In this document: positions 28,054 through 38,484 of the stretch, piece after piece
Position numbering within the stretch: position 1 is the first letter of the stretch
How the letters are laid out: each line of letters opens with the position of its first letter
Source of the DNA: Candidatus Nanohalobium sp.
Lineage (GTDB): Archaea > Nanohalarchaeota > Nanosalinia > Nanosalinales > Nanosalinaceae
Length of the DNA: 64,000 bases
Assembly: GCA_042217555.1 (NCBI GenBank)
Contig: JBDGSL010000002.1
Coordinates: 79,343 to 143,342 of the forward strand
Reading direction: 5' to 3'
Notes under the pieces: generated by a model
Told to the model about the DNA's origin: nothing
What the model saw: only the letters and a program-made list of their open reading frames with translations
Databases searched by the model: none
Made by a program: the position numbers and the translations under genes

Positions 28054-29451
28054 TTAATCCTCTAACTTCTCTTCTACTTCCTCTTCAGTCTTTTCGATCT
28101 CCTTCTCTCCTTTCCGAATCTCTTTCTCTATCTCTTCTTCCGTTCTTTCCACTTCCTCTTCTATAGGCTTCCTCTCGAAGTACAGGAACTCCACAGCTCC
28201 CAGGACAGCGAATACAAAAGCTACAACTATCAGAACATGGAGCTTGTCGACGTATAGATGCCAGATCAGGAGTACAAAGCTCACCGCAGTTCCGACTAGC
28301 CCTAGACCTGTCAAAATGGAAACTCTGCGGCTTTCCGACTCCTTCAGGGCCAGGTAGTTCACCACCGAGAAGACTGCGATGAAGGATATCGAGGCAAAGG
28401 TTGTGATCTCCTCCAGGCTCCCGATAAAGGTGAACGCTGAGGTCAGAGCTCCGATGATCAGTAGACTTCTTGTGGGAACACCTTCCCTGTTCCTGAAGGA
28501 GAATAGATCCGGAAGCTCGCCATCCGACGCCATCCGATGGCTAAAACGTGCGGTGCCGAAAAGAGTTGCGTTTATGGCGGATGAGGTGGAGAAGAGAGCG
28601 GCGGTCGAAATGAGGAACACGGAAACCTTTTCCACTGCAGGATTACCGAATATCTGGGAGGCTGCGAATGCGAGAACGGTTTCCTTGTGGTGGACTATCT
28701 GTTCCGGAGAGACAAGGCTGGTTGTAACAGCCGCAATCAGCACGTAGATCACGGTGGAAATCCCGACGGATGCGATCACCCCTTTCTTCAACGTTTCTAT
28801 CCCGTTCTCCATCTCCGAGTACTCGTAGGTCAGGAGCTGGAAACCCTCGAAGGAGACAAAGACTGCACCGATACTGACTATCGGTGCCAGCACACCCTTG
28901 TTGAATAGGCCTCCTGAAAAGAAGCTTATCCCCGGTCTGGAGAGAAGGGTCCAGCTACCGGCGGCGCTGAAAAGCAGGAGGATAGCGACCTTTACGTACA
29001 CAAGCAGGTCTTCAGAACTTCCTGTCTCCTCAGCTCCAAGGAAGTTGATGCCTACGAAGACCGCTATCACAGCAACAGATAGAAAGCCCCTGAAAAATGA
29101 ACTGGCAGAGAAACCTAGAAGTTCGGCTCCGAAAGCACCGAACGCATACGCATACATCGCCATCGTCCCGATGTAACCTACGAGAAGCACCCATCCGACC
29201 ATGCCGGCTATGTTATTGTTTGAGACATAGTGCTCGAGGAACGTGAACGAACCGCCCTCTTCATGGACCTGGGCAGTTATCCGGTAGTACGCATAGGCCG
29301 AGATCAACGCGATGACACCTGCTAAAAAGTAGGTTAGAAAAGCTGCATTTCCGGATAGACGGGCAGCGACACCTAGAACGGCGAATATCCCGCCGCCGAT
29401 GATTCCGCCAACACCCATCGCAACTACTTCCTTCAGTCCGAGATCTGCCAC
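28054..29451 (-). CDS. APC family amino acid permease
   Basis: GGIIGGGIF, EGGSF, FEGF, ~12 TM segments. Confidence 0.92.
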   Translation of the reverse strand: MADLGLKEVVAMGVGGIIGGGIFAVLGVAARLSGNAAFLTYFLAGVIALISAYAYYRITAQVHEEGGSFTFLEHYVSNNNIAGMVGWVLLVGYIGTMAMYAYAFGAFGAELLGFSASSFFRGFLSVAVIAVFVGINFLGAEETGSSEDLLVYVKVAILLLFSAAGSWTLLSRPGISFFSGGLFNKGVLAPIVSIGAVFVSFEGFQLLTYEYSEMENGIETLKKGVIASVGISTVIYVLIAAVTTSLVSPEQIVHHKETVLAFAASQIFGNPAVEKVSVFLISTAALFSTSSAINATLFGTARFSHRMASDGELPDLFSFRNREGVPTRSLLIIGALTSAFTFIGSLEEITTFASISFIAVFSVVNYLALKESESRRVSILTGLGLVGTAVSFVLLIWHLYVDKLHVLIVVAFVFAVLGAVEFLYFERKPIEEEVERTEEEIEKEIRKGEKEIEKTEEEVEEKLED

Positions 29452-29538
29452 AGGAAAAACTACCCAAGTCTTGAATAAAAAATTTCTTCCAGAAAGCCTG
29501 CGTTAGTTTAAAAGAATACCAGCAACTTATTGATACGT

Positions 29539-30267
29539 ATGATCGCAGGTTTACTGACAGCACTTTACAGTTTTTACAACGCAGTTTTCCAGCCCCTCCT
29601 CAGCATGGGGCCTTACCTCGCACTGGGGTTCTTCTCGGTATGCCTTGCAGCACTGTTCTCAGGGATCCGTTACTGGCTTCTAGACCATGAAAAAGCAGAA
29701 CAGATACAGGACAAGATAGATGAACACCAGGAAAAGATGAAGGAAGCAAAGGAAAACGACAAACACGAGAAAGCCTCCGAACACACCAAGGAACTGTTCA
29801 GACACAACCAGAAGTTCATGATGCTCAACATGAAACCCATGCTGGGAACCATGGTTTTCGTCTCACTGATCTTTCCCTGGCTCGGAGCAACTTTCGCACC
29901 GACAGTACAGCTACAGCAGACCAGTCCTGGCATGTACAAAGGCAACTTCACATACGCACAGACAGACACTCCTATAACCGTAGACAACACAACGGAGAAA
30001 ACCCGGCTGATCCTGGAAGATCAGAACATCACAGCAGGAGAATCAGCTAAAATAGGCAGCTTCAGATGGACCTTCAAAGGGATAAAAGATAAGACACCAG
30101 GACTGTTCAGCAACACAGAGGGAACAATCGCCAGCTTCAACGGGAAGTTCGTACAGCTACCGTTCAGCATACCACTGGCAGGAGAAGCACTTAACTGGCT
30201 AGGATTCTACACCCTTATCGCCATGCCCCTCACATTCGCGTTAAACAAGGTGCTGGGAGTTCAGTAA
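29539..30267 (+). CDS. DUF106 (EMC3/TMCO1-like) membrane protein
   Basis: TM-coiled coil-KPM..TM...WLGFY; usual position after secY. Confidence 0.85.
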   Translation: MIAGLLTALYSFYNAVFQPLLSMGPYLALGFFSVCLAALFSGIRYWLLDHEKAEQIQDKIDEHQEKMKEAKENDKHEKASEHTKELFRHNQKFMMLNMKPMLGTMVFVSLIFPWLGATFAPTVQLQQTSPGMYKGNFTYAQTDTPITVDNTTEKTRLILEDQNITAGESAKIGSFRWTFKGIKDKTPGLFSNTEGTIASFNGKFVQLPFSIPLAGEALNWLGFYTLIAMPLTFALNKVLGVQ

Positions 30268-30501
30268 ACTTTCCAAAAACCCTTTTCCATCTCTATCTCA
30301 CCTTCACCCAATGAGGATGAAATGTACTTCAAACTCAAGAAAACAAGAAAGGCTTGATCACAGGCCCCTGCTCGATATAATCAACGGGAAAATATACTTC
30401 TCCAACATCTTCAACCAGGGAAAAACTCTCAGAGTACCACGGACTAGAACCCGACTTCAAGAACTGACAATCAGATAAAACTTCACCTCTGAACCTTGAA
30501 C

Positions 30502-31461
30502 ATGGAATGGTACACACGGGAAGAAGCAGAAACAGATCCGGAGTTTGGAGAAATGCCGGAGAAAAGAAACGCTGAAGAACTCTTGAAGAAAGGCTTTGTA
30601 CTTGTTGACAAACCGTTCGGCCCGACAAGCAACCAGGTCAGCCACTGGATAAAAGAAGAACTAGACCTGGAAAAGACAGGACACTTCGGAACACTTGACC
30701 CCAACGCCACAGGAGTCCTCCCCGTCGGCCTCAACTCCGGTACCAGGATACAGGACGCACTAACTCACGCAGACAAAGAATACGTATTCGAAGCAGAACT
30801 GAAAGAAGAAAAACCAGAGGAAGAGATCAAAGACAAACTACAGAGTTTCAAAGGAGTCAACAAACAAGTCCCGCCCGATCACTCAGCTGTAAAACAGGAG
30901 GAACGCGAAAGAAAAGTATACGAAATAGAGTTCCTGGAAAAACAAGGTAGAAACGTTCTCGGCCGTGTAAAATGCGAGTCAGGATTCTACGTAAGAGTAC
31001 TCCTCCAACAACTCGGAGAAAAACTAGGTACAGAAACAGAAATGAAGGAACTTAGGAGAACACAGCAAGACGGATTCACAGAAAAAGACACCAACACCAT
31101 ACAGGACATAGTCGACGCATACAGATTCTACAGAGACAACAACGACGAAGAAAAAATAAGAGAAATACTACACCCGATCGAAGAAGCAGTCAGAAACACC
31201 AGAAAAATCGTCTTAAAAGACAGCGCAGTCAACGCAGTCGCCAACGGCTCCAACCTGGGAACCACAGGCATATCAAAACTACAGGACGGAATCAAAAAAG
31301 GAGAAACCATCGCCATAATGACCCTGAAAGGAGAACTAGTCGCACTCGCAGAAGCAGAAATGACCTCCGAACAAATATACGACCAAGACAGCACCGCAGC
31401 CACCCTCCAAAAAGTCTTCATGAACCCCGAAAAATACCCGCGAAGATGGAAACAGAACTAA
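30502..31461 (+). CDS. truB: H/ACA pseudouridine synthase Cbf5
   Basis: DKPFGPTS, GHFGTLDP, ELRRT, PUA domain. Confidence 0.96.
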   Translation: MEWYTREEAETDPEFGEMPEKRNAEELLKKGFVLVDKPFGPTSNQVSHWIKEELDLEKTGHFGTLDPNATGVLPVGLNSGTRIQDALTHADKEYVFEAELKEEKPEEEIKDKLQSFKGVNKQVPPDHSAVKQEERERKVYEIEFLEKQGRNVLGRVKCESGFYVRVLLQQLGEKLGTETEMKELRRTQQDGFTEKDTNTIQDIVDAYRFYRDNNDEEKIREILHPIEEAVRNTRKIVLKDSAVNAVANGSNLGTTGISKLQDGIKKGETIAIMTLKGELVALAEAEMTSEQIYDQDSTAATLQKVFMNPEKYPRRWKQN

Positions 31462-31513
31462 ACCCTACCTAACAGCGCATAAAAAAATACGGCCAAAACA
31501 AACCATACAGGAA

Positions 31514-31669
31514 GCCGGGGTGACTGAGTCTGGCTAAAAGTGCCAGCCTGGAAAACACCACTTGTCTAAGCGTATGCGAGAAAAGTGGTTTGAGAAAATC
31601 TTTGATTTTCGTACCAGTCAGCTGGTGGCCCATAACCGGGCCTCCTGGGTTCAAATCCCAGCCCCGGCG
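31514..31669 (+). tRNA. tRNA-Ser(GGA) with 66-nt intron (31554-31619)
   Basis: Acceptor GCCGGGG/CCCCGGC, CCAGC/GCTGG anticodon stem, long variable arm, CTGG/CCAG central BHB helix. Confidence 0.93.
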
Positions 31670-31722
31670 CTTTACTATACTTTTGCTGGGATTATAAGAG
31701 AAGCTCCAGTTCTGCGAGCTTC

Positions 31723-31845
31723 GGGTTCAAATCTTGAAATTCTCTATGAGAATTTCTGCTCCACAAGTTCCAGGAAATTGTTATCAGCAACTTGGAAAGT
31801 TGCGTCCAGAAAATCTCAACGAGATTTTCGTGTCCAGCCCCGGCG
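31723..31845 (+). repeat. Duplicated tRNA-Ser 3' end split by a 100-nt hairpin insertion
   Basis: GGGTTCAAATC (31723-31733) plus CCAGCCCCGGCG (31834-31845) rejoin to the 23-nt tRNA 3' end. Confidence 0.8.
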
Positions 31846-31892
31846 AAGTCTTTTCCCTAAACTATTTTAACCAGCTTCTGTCTTTAATTGGT

Positions 31893-32303
31893 ATGGCGAC
31901 TGCCCAAGAGTTGATGGATGAACCGGATTTTATTGATGCTGAGGCAGGTATTGATGAAGTGGTTGATGAGATTCACAGGCAGGAAAATACGTTGATCGTT
32001 CGGAGAGACGGTGATGTTGTCGGTGAGGTACATGAGCAGTCGCTTCTGAAGGTTTTAGTCCCGGAGGGTCGGCTCGACGAAGAGAAAGTAGTCGGTATTT
32101 TAGGCTTGTCGTTCGATGAAAGCTACGTTGCGGAGAAGGCCGAGGATATAATGAACAAGCATGAGGTAACTGTTGCGCCGGACGAGGAAACCAGCGAGAT
32201 AGCCTTTGTTATGGATATGGAAGACCTGAGAGCTGTTCCTGTAGAAGAAGACGGCGAAATCACAGGAGTAATACACGAAGACCGTTTAATAGAGGAGATT
32301 TGA
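31893..32303 (+). CDS. CBS domain pair protein
   Basis: TAQELM...VVGEV...AEDIM...VPV...GVI. Confidence 0.88.
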   Translation: MATAQELMDEPDFIDAEAGIDEVVDEIHRQENTLIVRRDGDVVGEVHEQSLLKVLVPEGRLDEEKVVGILGLSFDESYVAEKAEDIMNKHEVTVAPDEETSEIAFVMDMEDLRAVPVEEDGEITGVIHEDRLIEEI

Positions 32304-32304
32304 G

Positions 32305-33507
32305 GTGGCAGCAAGTCTTTCCGGGGCAACGCTTCTCAACGTTGGGATACTGCTCGGCGCCTCGTTTATAGTCGGGGAACTGTTTGAACGGATAGGCCTT
32401 GAATCGATTCTCGGTTATATCTTCACCGGGTTGTTGATGGGTGCCGGGTTGAAGAACTTTGCCAAACTGACAGGTTTAATCCCGCCGGAGTGGGCGATCT
32501 CTGCATCTTCTGTAACTGCTTTTGCCACTGTCGGAGCGACTTTAATCCTTTTCCAGGCAGGCCTCAGGGAGCAAAACGTCAAGGAAATATTCATGCATAA
32601 ACGTGGCCTCCAGCTCGGCACACTTGTACTCTCAGGATCATTCCTGTTCATTTTCTCCGCTTTAATGCTGACAGGAAGCTCCCTGCTGCCGTATCAAGGG
32701 GTTATGCCGCTGGTATTCCTCGCCCTCGCCTACTCGATCGTTGACATCGGTGTACCTTCCAAAATCATGCTTTCTAGAGGATTGATCCGTGAAGAAATGG
32801 GCAGCTACACCATTAAATCAGCGGTTATCAACGTTACAACCGGCTTCATGGTGATGACCGGCCTTGTAATTCTTTTAACTCCGACGCTTCAGTCACAGGC
32901 GATTAAGACAGCGTCTATACTCGGTTTTGGCCTGGTTTTCTACTTCCTTCACGAGTTCATTCATAGGATCGATGACTACATAGTCATGTTTGAAGAGGCG
33001 GAAGCCCAGTTCGCCATAACCTTCGCCCTGCTTCTCTCCATGAGCTATATGACCCAGACCATCGGCATCTCCAGCGTCCTCGGAGCATTCTTCGCCGGCG
33101 TCCTCGTATCCAGAAGCGAGTTCACGGATTCCCGGGCATTCCAGGAAAAGATCAACGGCATCAGCGAAGGCCTGTTCGTACCGATCTTCTTCGCATGGTT
33201 CGGCCTCTCACTACAGATCTTCGGCAGCCACGGAATACTCGCCAACATCGAAGCCGCAACCTACCTCTTCCTATTATCAACAGTGGCCAAACTCGGAATC
33301 GGCTACGCAGTAACAAAAATCCACAACATGGAAAAACCAGCCATGATCGCCTCATCACTCATCAGCCTGGACATCGAAACACTGGTCGTACTCCTCATCG
33401 CCATCGATCTCGGAGTCCTCACCAACCAGATCCTCCAGATCTTCGCACCAAGCGTCCTATTCTCCACCCTCACAATAATCGGACTCTACACCATCCTCGA
33501 CCGATAA
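32305..33507 (+). CDS. Cation:proton antiporter (CPA2/KefB-like)
   Basis: LFQAGL, LGAFFAGV, FVPIFF. Confidence 0.88.
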   Translation: MAASLSGATLLNVGILLGASFIVGELFERIGLESILGYIFTGLLMGAGLKNFAKLTGLIPPEWAISASSVTAFATVGATLILFQAGLREQNVKEIFMHKRGLQLGTLVLSGSFLFIFSALMLTGSSLLPYQGVMPLVFLALAYSIVDIGVPSKIMLSRGLIREEMGSYTIKSAVINVTTGFMVMTGLVILLTPTLQSQAIKTASILGFGLVFYFLHEFIHRIDDYIVMFEEAEAQFAITFALLLSMSYMTQTIGISSVLGAFFAGVLVSRSEFTDSRAFQEKINGISEGLFVPIFFAWFGLSLQIFGSHGILANIEAATYLFLLSTVAKLGIGYAVTKIHNMEKPAMIASSLISLDIETLVVLLIAIDLGVLTNQILQIFAPSVLFSTLTIIGLYTILDR

Positions 33508-33547
33508 AAAAGGGAAAAACTAAAAGAAGAACCTATAACAGTTCCTT

Positions 33548-34682
33548 ATGGATCCTGACGAAATGCAGGAAAAATAGACGAACTGGAAGAGCAGTTTAAA
33601 GAAGGAGAGAGCCAGGTGAAGCAAGATCAGCAAGAGGCTGAGAACCTGGAGCAAGACGCCGAACAACACGAAGAAAAAGCCGGAAAAGAAGCCAAAGAAG
33701 CCGCTGCCGAGACAGAAGAAGCAGAAGAAACAGGGAACTCCCAGGAACTGGAAGACGCTGAAAAAGAAGAGGAAGCCGCCGAAGAAGAAACAGAAGAAGC
33801 AGAAGAAGAGATGGACCAGGCAGAGAAAGACATAGAAGAAGAAATACAGATAGAAGAAAAACAGGAACAGATGATAGAAGGCCTGGAAGAAGAAGCACAG
33901 GAAATGTCCAAGAAGCACTGAACAGCCTTCAACAAGAATACAGCCGGCTTCAAACAGTTAAACAGTCAGAAAACGCCCAGCTCACGAGAGAAGACTACCA
34001 GAACGTGGAAGAAATACTTGAAGAGTTCCAAGACGCGGTCTCACTTGTCAACGAGTCAACCCAGATGCTCTCCGAACTAATGGACGAAATAATGGAGACA
34101 GAGAAAGAGGAAAACCAGGTTGAACAGTTAACAGCCCAGCTTACGCAAGAATTCGAGTTTATGGAGCGAGAGGTAGCAGAACTCGAGAAAGACTACGCAC
34201 AACTCCAAGACCAGAAACATGAACAAATGGCGCAGAAAGAGGGACAAGAACTGAAACAGGAAGAAAAACATGAAAAACAGGAAGATCAAGAAGAACAAAA
34301 AATCGACGCCGAAATACAGAACGAAGTAAAGACTTCCGAACAGTTAATCAAGGAAGATGAACAATTGCTCAAACTTGTAGACCAATCCATAGACGATTTG
34401 AGAAGCCTCTACCAGCTACTTCAAAGCGAGAAAAGCATCTGGAACTTCGCACTCAACACTAATCCTCCTCTCGGAGACATAGAAGAGACAATCAACATGA
34501 TGCAGGACGCCATGAACAGCGACAAAGACGCGCTCGAGGGAATAGAAAGCGAAGAATCAAAAGCCAGGAACATGATTCCCTCCAGAACAGCAGCTCGAGC
34601 AGGAATCACTGCATCAAAACTAATCCTGCTGGTAGTAGGTGTTGTAGTAGCGGCCTCACTCTACTTCGTCTACGCGCCATGA
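33548..34682 (+). CDS. Acidic coiled-coil protein with C-terminal membrane anchor; two -1 frameshifts (~33570, ~33910)
   Basis: Three frames join if one base is added to an A run and to a C run. Confidence 0.6.
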
Positions 34683-34723
34683 CCTCTCCATAAAAAACTG
34701 TTTCTCCATACAGAAACTGTTGA

Positions 34724-34853
34724 AGTCCCCTGGGGTAGCGGTCAATCCTACCAGCTTCTGGACACCGGCTTCCTCTGTGAAGACGGTTTGAGAAGAGCTT
34801 GGCTCTTCGATTGGAAATGGCTGGTGACCCAGGTTCGAATCCTGGGGGGACTA
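34724..34853 (+). tRNA. tRNA-Gln(CTG) with 57-nt intron (34762-34818)
   Basis: AGTCCCC/GGGGACT acceptor, CCAGC/GCTGG stem, TTCT/GGAA central helix. Confidence 0.92.
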
Positions 34854-34867
34854 AAACACATGTCTTC

Positions 34868-35329
34868 TCAGATTTCCATGCAGTATTCTACCTGTTTCTT
34901 CTTGAATCCTTCTCTCCTGTAAAGTCTTCTGGCCTTCTCGTTTTCTGATTCTACATACAGTTTCAGGTAGTCGCAGTCTTCCTCTACTTCTTTTTTGACA
35001 TGTTCTATAAGTTCTGTGCCGTAGCCCTGTCCTCTAAAGTCTTTTTTGACGTAGAAGCTGAGTATTTCTGCATAACTATCTTTCTTGCGTGTTCTGCGGT
35101 GTCCTTTTTCCACACTGATATAGCCTATTTTCTCTTCCGAGTCTTCAAGGACATATACAGTGTAGTTGTCTTCACTGAATTTTTCTCTTATGGCTTCCCG
35201 GGCCCTGCCTCTTGCATCATCTTTCAGAGAGTTAAAACGAGAGTATCTCTCCATTTCACGGGCTAGAGGCAGCCAGAACTCGTCTACGATGGAATCTGAC
35301 TCCTTTAGAGAGGCTTCACGGATCCTCAT
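34868..35329 (-). CDS. GNAT acetyltransferase
   Basis: YVKKDFRGQGYGTEL, N..ARRLY..EGF. Confidence 0.9.
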   Translation of the reverse strand: MRIREASLKESDSIVDEFWLPLAREMERYSRFNSLKDDARGRAREAIREKFSEDNYTVYVLEDSEEKIGYISVEKGHRRTRKKDSYAEILSFYVKKDFRGQGYGTELIEHVKKEVEEDCDYLKLYVESENEKARRLYRREGFKKKQVEYCMEI

Positions 35330-35390
35330 GAACCAGAAACTACTTTTCCAATAACTTAAACCCTGTTGTCGTGAACCCTGTCCTTCTATA

Positions 35391-35762
35391 ATGTTGGACA
35401 TGGTTCTTGAAACTATGAAGTCAAGAGAGGACTATCTGAGAGCAATATATGAACTTGGAGATGAGGAAGGGACCACTACTTCAGAACTGGCAGAACACCT
35501 GGACGTGTCCGATGCCAGTGCCTCGGAAGCCATACAGAAACTGGAGGAGGATAACCTGGTATGCCGCGCACCGTACAGAGGATTCACCCTGTCACCTATA
35601 GGAAAAGCTGAAGCACAGAAAGTGGCCAGAAAACACCAAGTACTCAGAGAGTTCCTTGAGAAAACACTGGAAGTAGAGAAAGCGGAGGAACAGGCCGACG
35701 CCATCGAACACAGCATAACGGAAGAGACAGCGGAGAAGATCAAGGAACTCAATCAAGGTTAA
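35391..35762 (+). CDS. DtxR/MntR-family metal-dependent regulator
   Basis: EDYLRAIY, RKHQVL, IEH. Confidence 0.92.
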   Translation: MLDMVLETMKSREDYLRAIYELGDEEGTTTSELAEHLDVSDASASEAIQKLEEDNLVCRAPYRGFTLSPIGKAEAQKVARKHQVLREFLEKTLEVEKAEEQADAIEHSITEETAEKIKELNQG

Positions 35763-35807
35763 CCTGTTTTCTTAAGTATTGGCTTCGTTCATTAAAACAC
35801 AGCGTAC

Positions 35808-35978
35808 AGCCCCCTGGTGTAGTGGTCAAATAACTTGAGAACACCTCAGGTTAGGCAATTCATATCGGCCTTTGGAGCCTCAAGTTCTCTCCGCCTGGAG
35901 AGAACGAGGATTAAAGGAAACAACTGAACGTTTCCCCAAAGTTAGCCGGTGACCCAGGTTCGAATCCTGGGGGGGCTA
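35808..35978 (+). tRNA. tRNA-Gln(TTG) with two introns (D-loop 35830-35859; anticodon loop 35876-35943)
   Basis: Removing both introns gives a sequence colinear with tRNA-Gln(CTG); CTTT/AAAG BHB helix. Confidence 0.9.
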
Positions 35979-36189
35979 AACACCTATCATTAATCAATCT
36001 GGGCAAAAACCAGTTACAGCCCGAAAACTGTTTAGCCAATACCTAACACTTTCTCTCAGGAACTCAACACGGCAGGTCAATAACGGAAGCACAGTAGCCC
36101 GTCACATATTCACATCGAACCGTTAATGACCGATGACGGAAACCGTCACCGCCTCCACCAACACAATAAGGTGGGCGGAGTTCATTACA

Positions 36190-37491
36190 ATGACAAACGA
36201 AAACGAACAGAACTCTGCACGCAAAGGCGGAGACCCTAACCGGATGAACGACAAACTCAAGAGCTCACTACAAAAAATCAAAAACTCCAACCAACTCACC
36301 GACCACAACAAAGAAACCTTGCTCGACTTCTACGACTACCTGGACAGAGTAGAAGACATATCAGTCGGCAGAGTAGAAAGACCGCTCACCATCTGGCGAA
36401 TCCTCCTGACAAGGACAGAGAAACAGTTCAAGATGGACGAACCCAGCAAGGAAGATATCGTCAGACTTAAGAACGAGATAATGGACAATGAAATCAAAGA
36501 TGTGAAGACAGGGACGAAACGAGAGTACCTGAAAGCGGTCAACAAGTTCTACAACCACTACATGGAGTACAAGCACAAAGACTTCAACGGAGACAAGTAC
36601 ACCGGATTCTACAAACTCCCAGTAGTCAAGGACGACCAGAAAACCGACCCGGATGTACTCCCAAGACCTCATCATGTCCAAGAACTCGTGGAAAACGCAC
36701 CAAACCTCAGGGACAAAACTCTCATCATGTGCCTCTGGAGCACAGGAGCAAGGCGAGAAGAAGTACTCAACATCAAATGGAAACACGTCAAACTCCGAGA
36801 AGACGGAGGAAAAGTCAAGATACAGGAAAAAGACGAAGACGACTCCAAAAGAACAGTACCGCTATACGAAGGCTACCTCTACCTACAAAGACTCAGAGAA
36901 GAAGACAAGATGGGAGGAGACCCAGAATCCTATGTCTTCAGAAGCACCAAAACCAACGAACAACTATCCTGCAACGGCTTATGCGAAGCCATCAAAAGAG
37001 CCAGAAGACGATCAGAACTACCTGAAGAAAAAGAAAACCTGAGAACCAACCCACACGCCTTCAGAAAAGGAAGAGCCGTATACCTCGCAAAGAAAGGCTT
37101 CACCTACACCGATCTCTGCCAACTACAGGGCTGGGAAATCGGCAGCGACATACCCAAACGCTACATCCGAATAGCAGAAGGAGACATAGACAGCAGAGTC
37201 AGAGACAAAAGCAGAAACTTCGAAAGCGAAGACGAAGAACTCGGAGAAGGCTTCTACTTCGAACCACTACGCTGCCACGAATGCCACCACTTCAACCGAT
37301 GGGAAGCAGACAACTGCGAATCATGCGGCCAAGTCCTCACAGAAAGCGAAATCTTCGAACACACCCAGATAGAAGACATGACAGACGAACTAGTCTACGA
37401 AGTAGCACGAAGCGAAGCAGGAATACAACAAGAAGAAATCAAAGAAAAAGCCAAAGAACTAGTCAAGGAAAGACAAGAAGTAGAGGCATAA
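36190..37491 (+). CDS. Tyrosine recombinase/integrase with C-terminal Zn ribbon
   Basis: TGARREE, HAFRKGR, QGW, KRY; CxxC...CxxC. Confidence 0.93.
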   Translation: MTNENEQNSARKGGDPNRMNDKLKSSLQKIKNSNQLTDHNKETLLDFYDYLDRVEDISVGRVERPLTIWRILLTRTEKQFKMDEPSKEDIVRLKNEIMDNEIKDVKTGTKREYLKAVNKFYNHYMEYKHKDFNGDKYTGFYKLPVVKDDQKTDPDVLPRPHHVQELVENAPNLRDKTLIMCLWSTGARREEVLNIKWKHVKLREDGGKVKIQEKDEDDSKRTVPLYEGYLYLQRLREEDKMGGDPESYVFRSTKTNEQLSCNGLCEAIKRARRRSELPEEKENLRTNPHAFRKGRAVYLAKKGFTYTDLCQLQGWEIGSDIPKRYIRIAEGDIDSRVRDKSRNFESEDEELGEGFYFEPLRCHECHHFNRWEADNCESCGQVLTESEIFEHTQIEDMTDELVYEVARSEAGIQQEEIKEKAKELVKERQEVEA

Positions 37492-37601
37492 AGCCTCTTC
37501 TTTTCCTCAAATTTTTATTCTAGTGGCCTCCTAGGCAAATTACAGAACAAACACCTAAACCAGACGAAACCTTTATATTATTACTTGAAAGTCATAACAG
37601 T

Positions 37602-37868
37602 ATGGCTGCAGAGTTTCAAGAACACAAGATACCTCAATTAGAAGAGGGAGAATTAGAAGGAGCGACAGCTTCAGAAGCCATGGAAGAGATAGAGCGACTG
37701 ATGCAGGAAGAAAATGGCCGGATAAGCGAAGATGCAGCCGATTTTAGATATGAAAGAGAGAAAACAGAAGAAGGTTTCAGATATGTTCCGACCCTAATTC
37801 CGGAGTATTCGACACTGAAGAAGGACAGGAAATTAATGAAGAAATCTTTGAGATTGAAACAGAGTTAG
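37602..37868 (+). CDS. Hypothetical protein
   Basis: Acidic ORF with TATA-like upstream element. Confidence 0.5.
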   Translation: MAAEFQEHKIPQLEEGELEGATASEAMEEIERLMQEENGRISEDAADFRYEREKTEEGFRYVPTLIPEYSTLKKDRKLMKKSLRLKQS

Positions 37869-37909
37869 ATTTTGGAGAGGAAATTCTCTACGATGAAGAT
37901 AATCAGAAG

Positions 37910-38473
37910 ATGGTGATAGACATGGGCTGGAACAGCGAAAGAGAAACATACCAAGTCATAACGGAATCTCAAGAAGTATTTGAAAGCCCAGACTCGCCTA
38001 TAATGTTCCGAAACGAAAAAGGCAAACAGGAAGGAATAATTGAATGGTATCCTGTCCAAGACAGAATCATCATGAAGAACTGTGAAGGCGAAAGAGAGAA
38101 CTGGAAAGAGAGTAGCGAATACCAAGAAAAGAAGAAACTTGAGCTTTTCAGAGACCTTCGAAGACAGAGAAACAAGTTTGAATCTGCCGCAGAAGGTGAC
38201 GAATGGGTTCTCCAGAATAGCGACTCAGCCGCCCAGAAGGCAAGAGAATACTTAATCGATAATCTGTGCCCTATGCTCAAAGACAGGGGAAGAGTCAATG
38301 TAGCTCAAGGCGTCAAAAGACTTGGAGAGAAAGGTCCAAAGTACGGGAATCTGCTTCAAGAGTTTGACACAGCGGTAAATAGATTTGAGATTAAAGTCAG
38401 ACAGGAATATGGTATGGACCCAGACAAAATCGAGATAAAGCATAGCAATGATAAGATTGTCTACCAAGAATAA
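37910..38473 (+). CDS. Hypothetical protein
   Basis: 187-aa ORF. Confidence 0.6.
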   Translation: MVIDMGWNSERETYQVITESQEVFESPDSPIMFRNEKGKQEGIIEWYPVQDRIIMKNCEGERENWKESSEYQEKKKLELFRDLRRQRNKFESAAEGDEWVLQNSDSAAQKAREYLIDNLCPMLKDRGRVNVAQGVKRLGEKGPKYGNLLQEFDTAVNRFEIKVRQEYGMDPDKIEIKHSNDKIVYQE

Positions 38474-38484
38474 GGGTAAGAACA

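Noticed and set aside
30268..30500. rpl34e or rpl14e at their usual position
   Set aside because: The short ORFs here show no similarity
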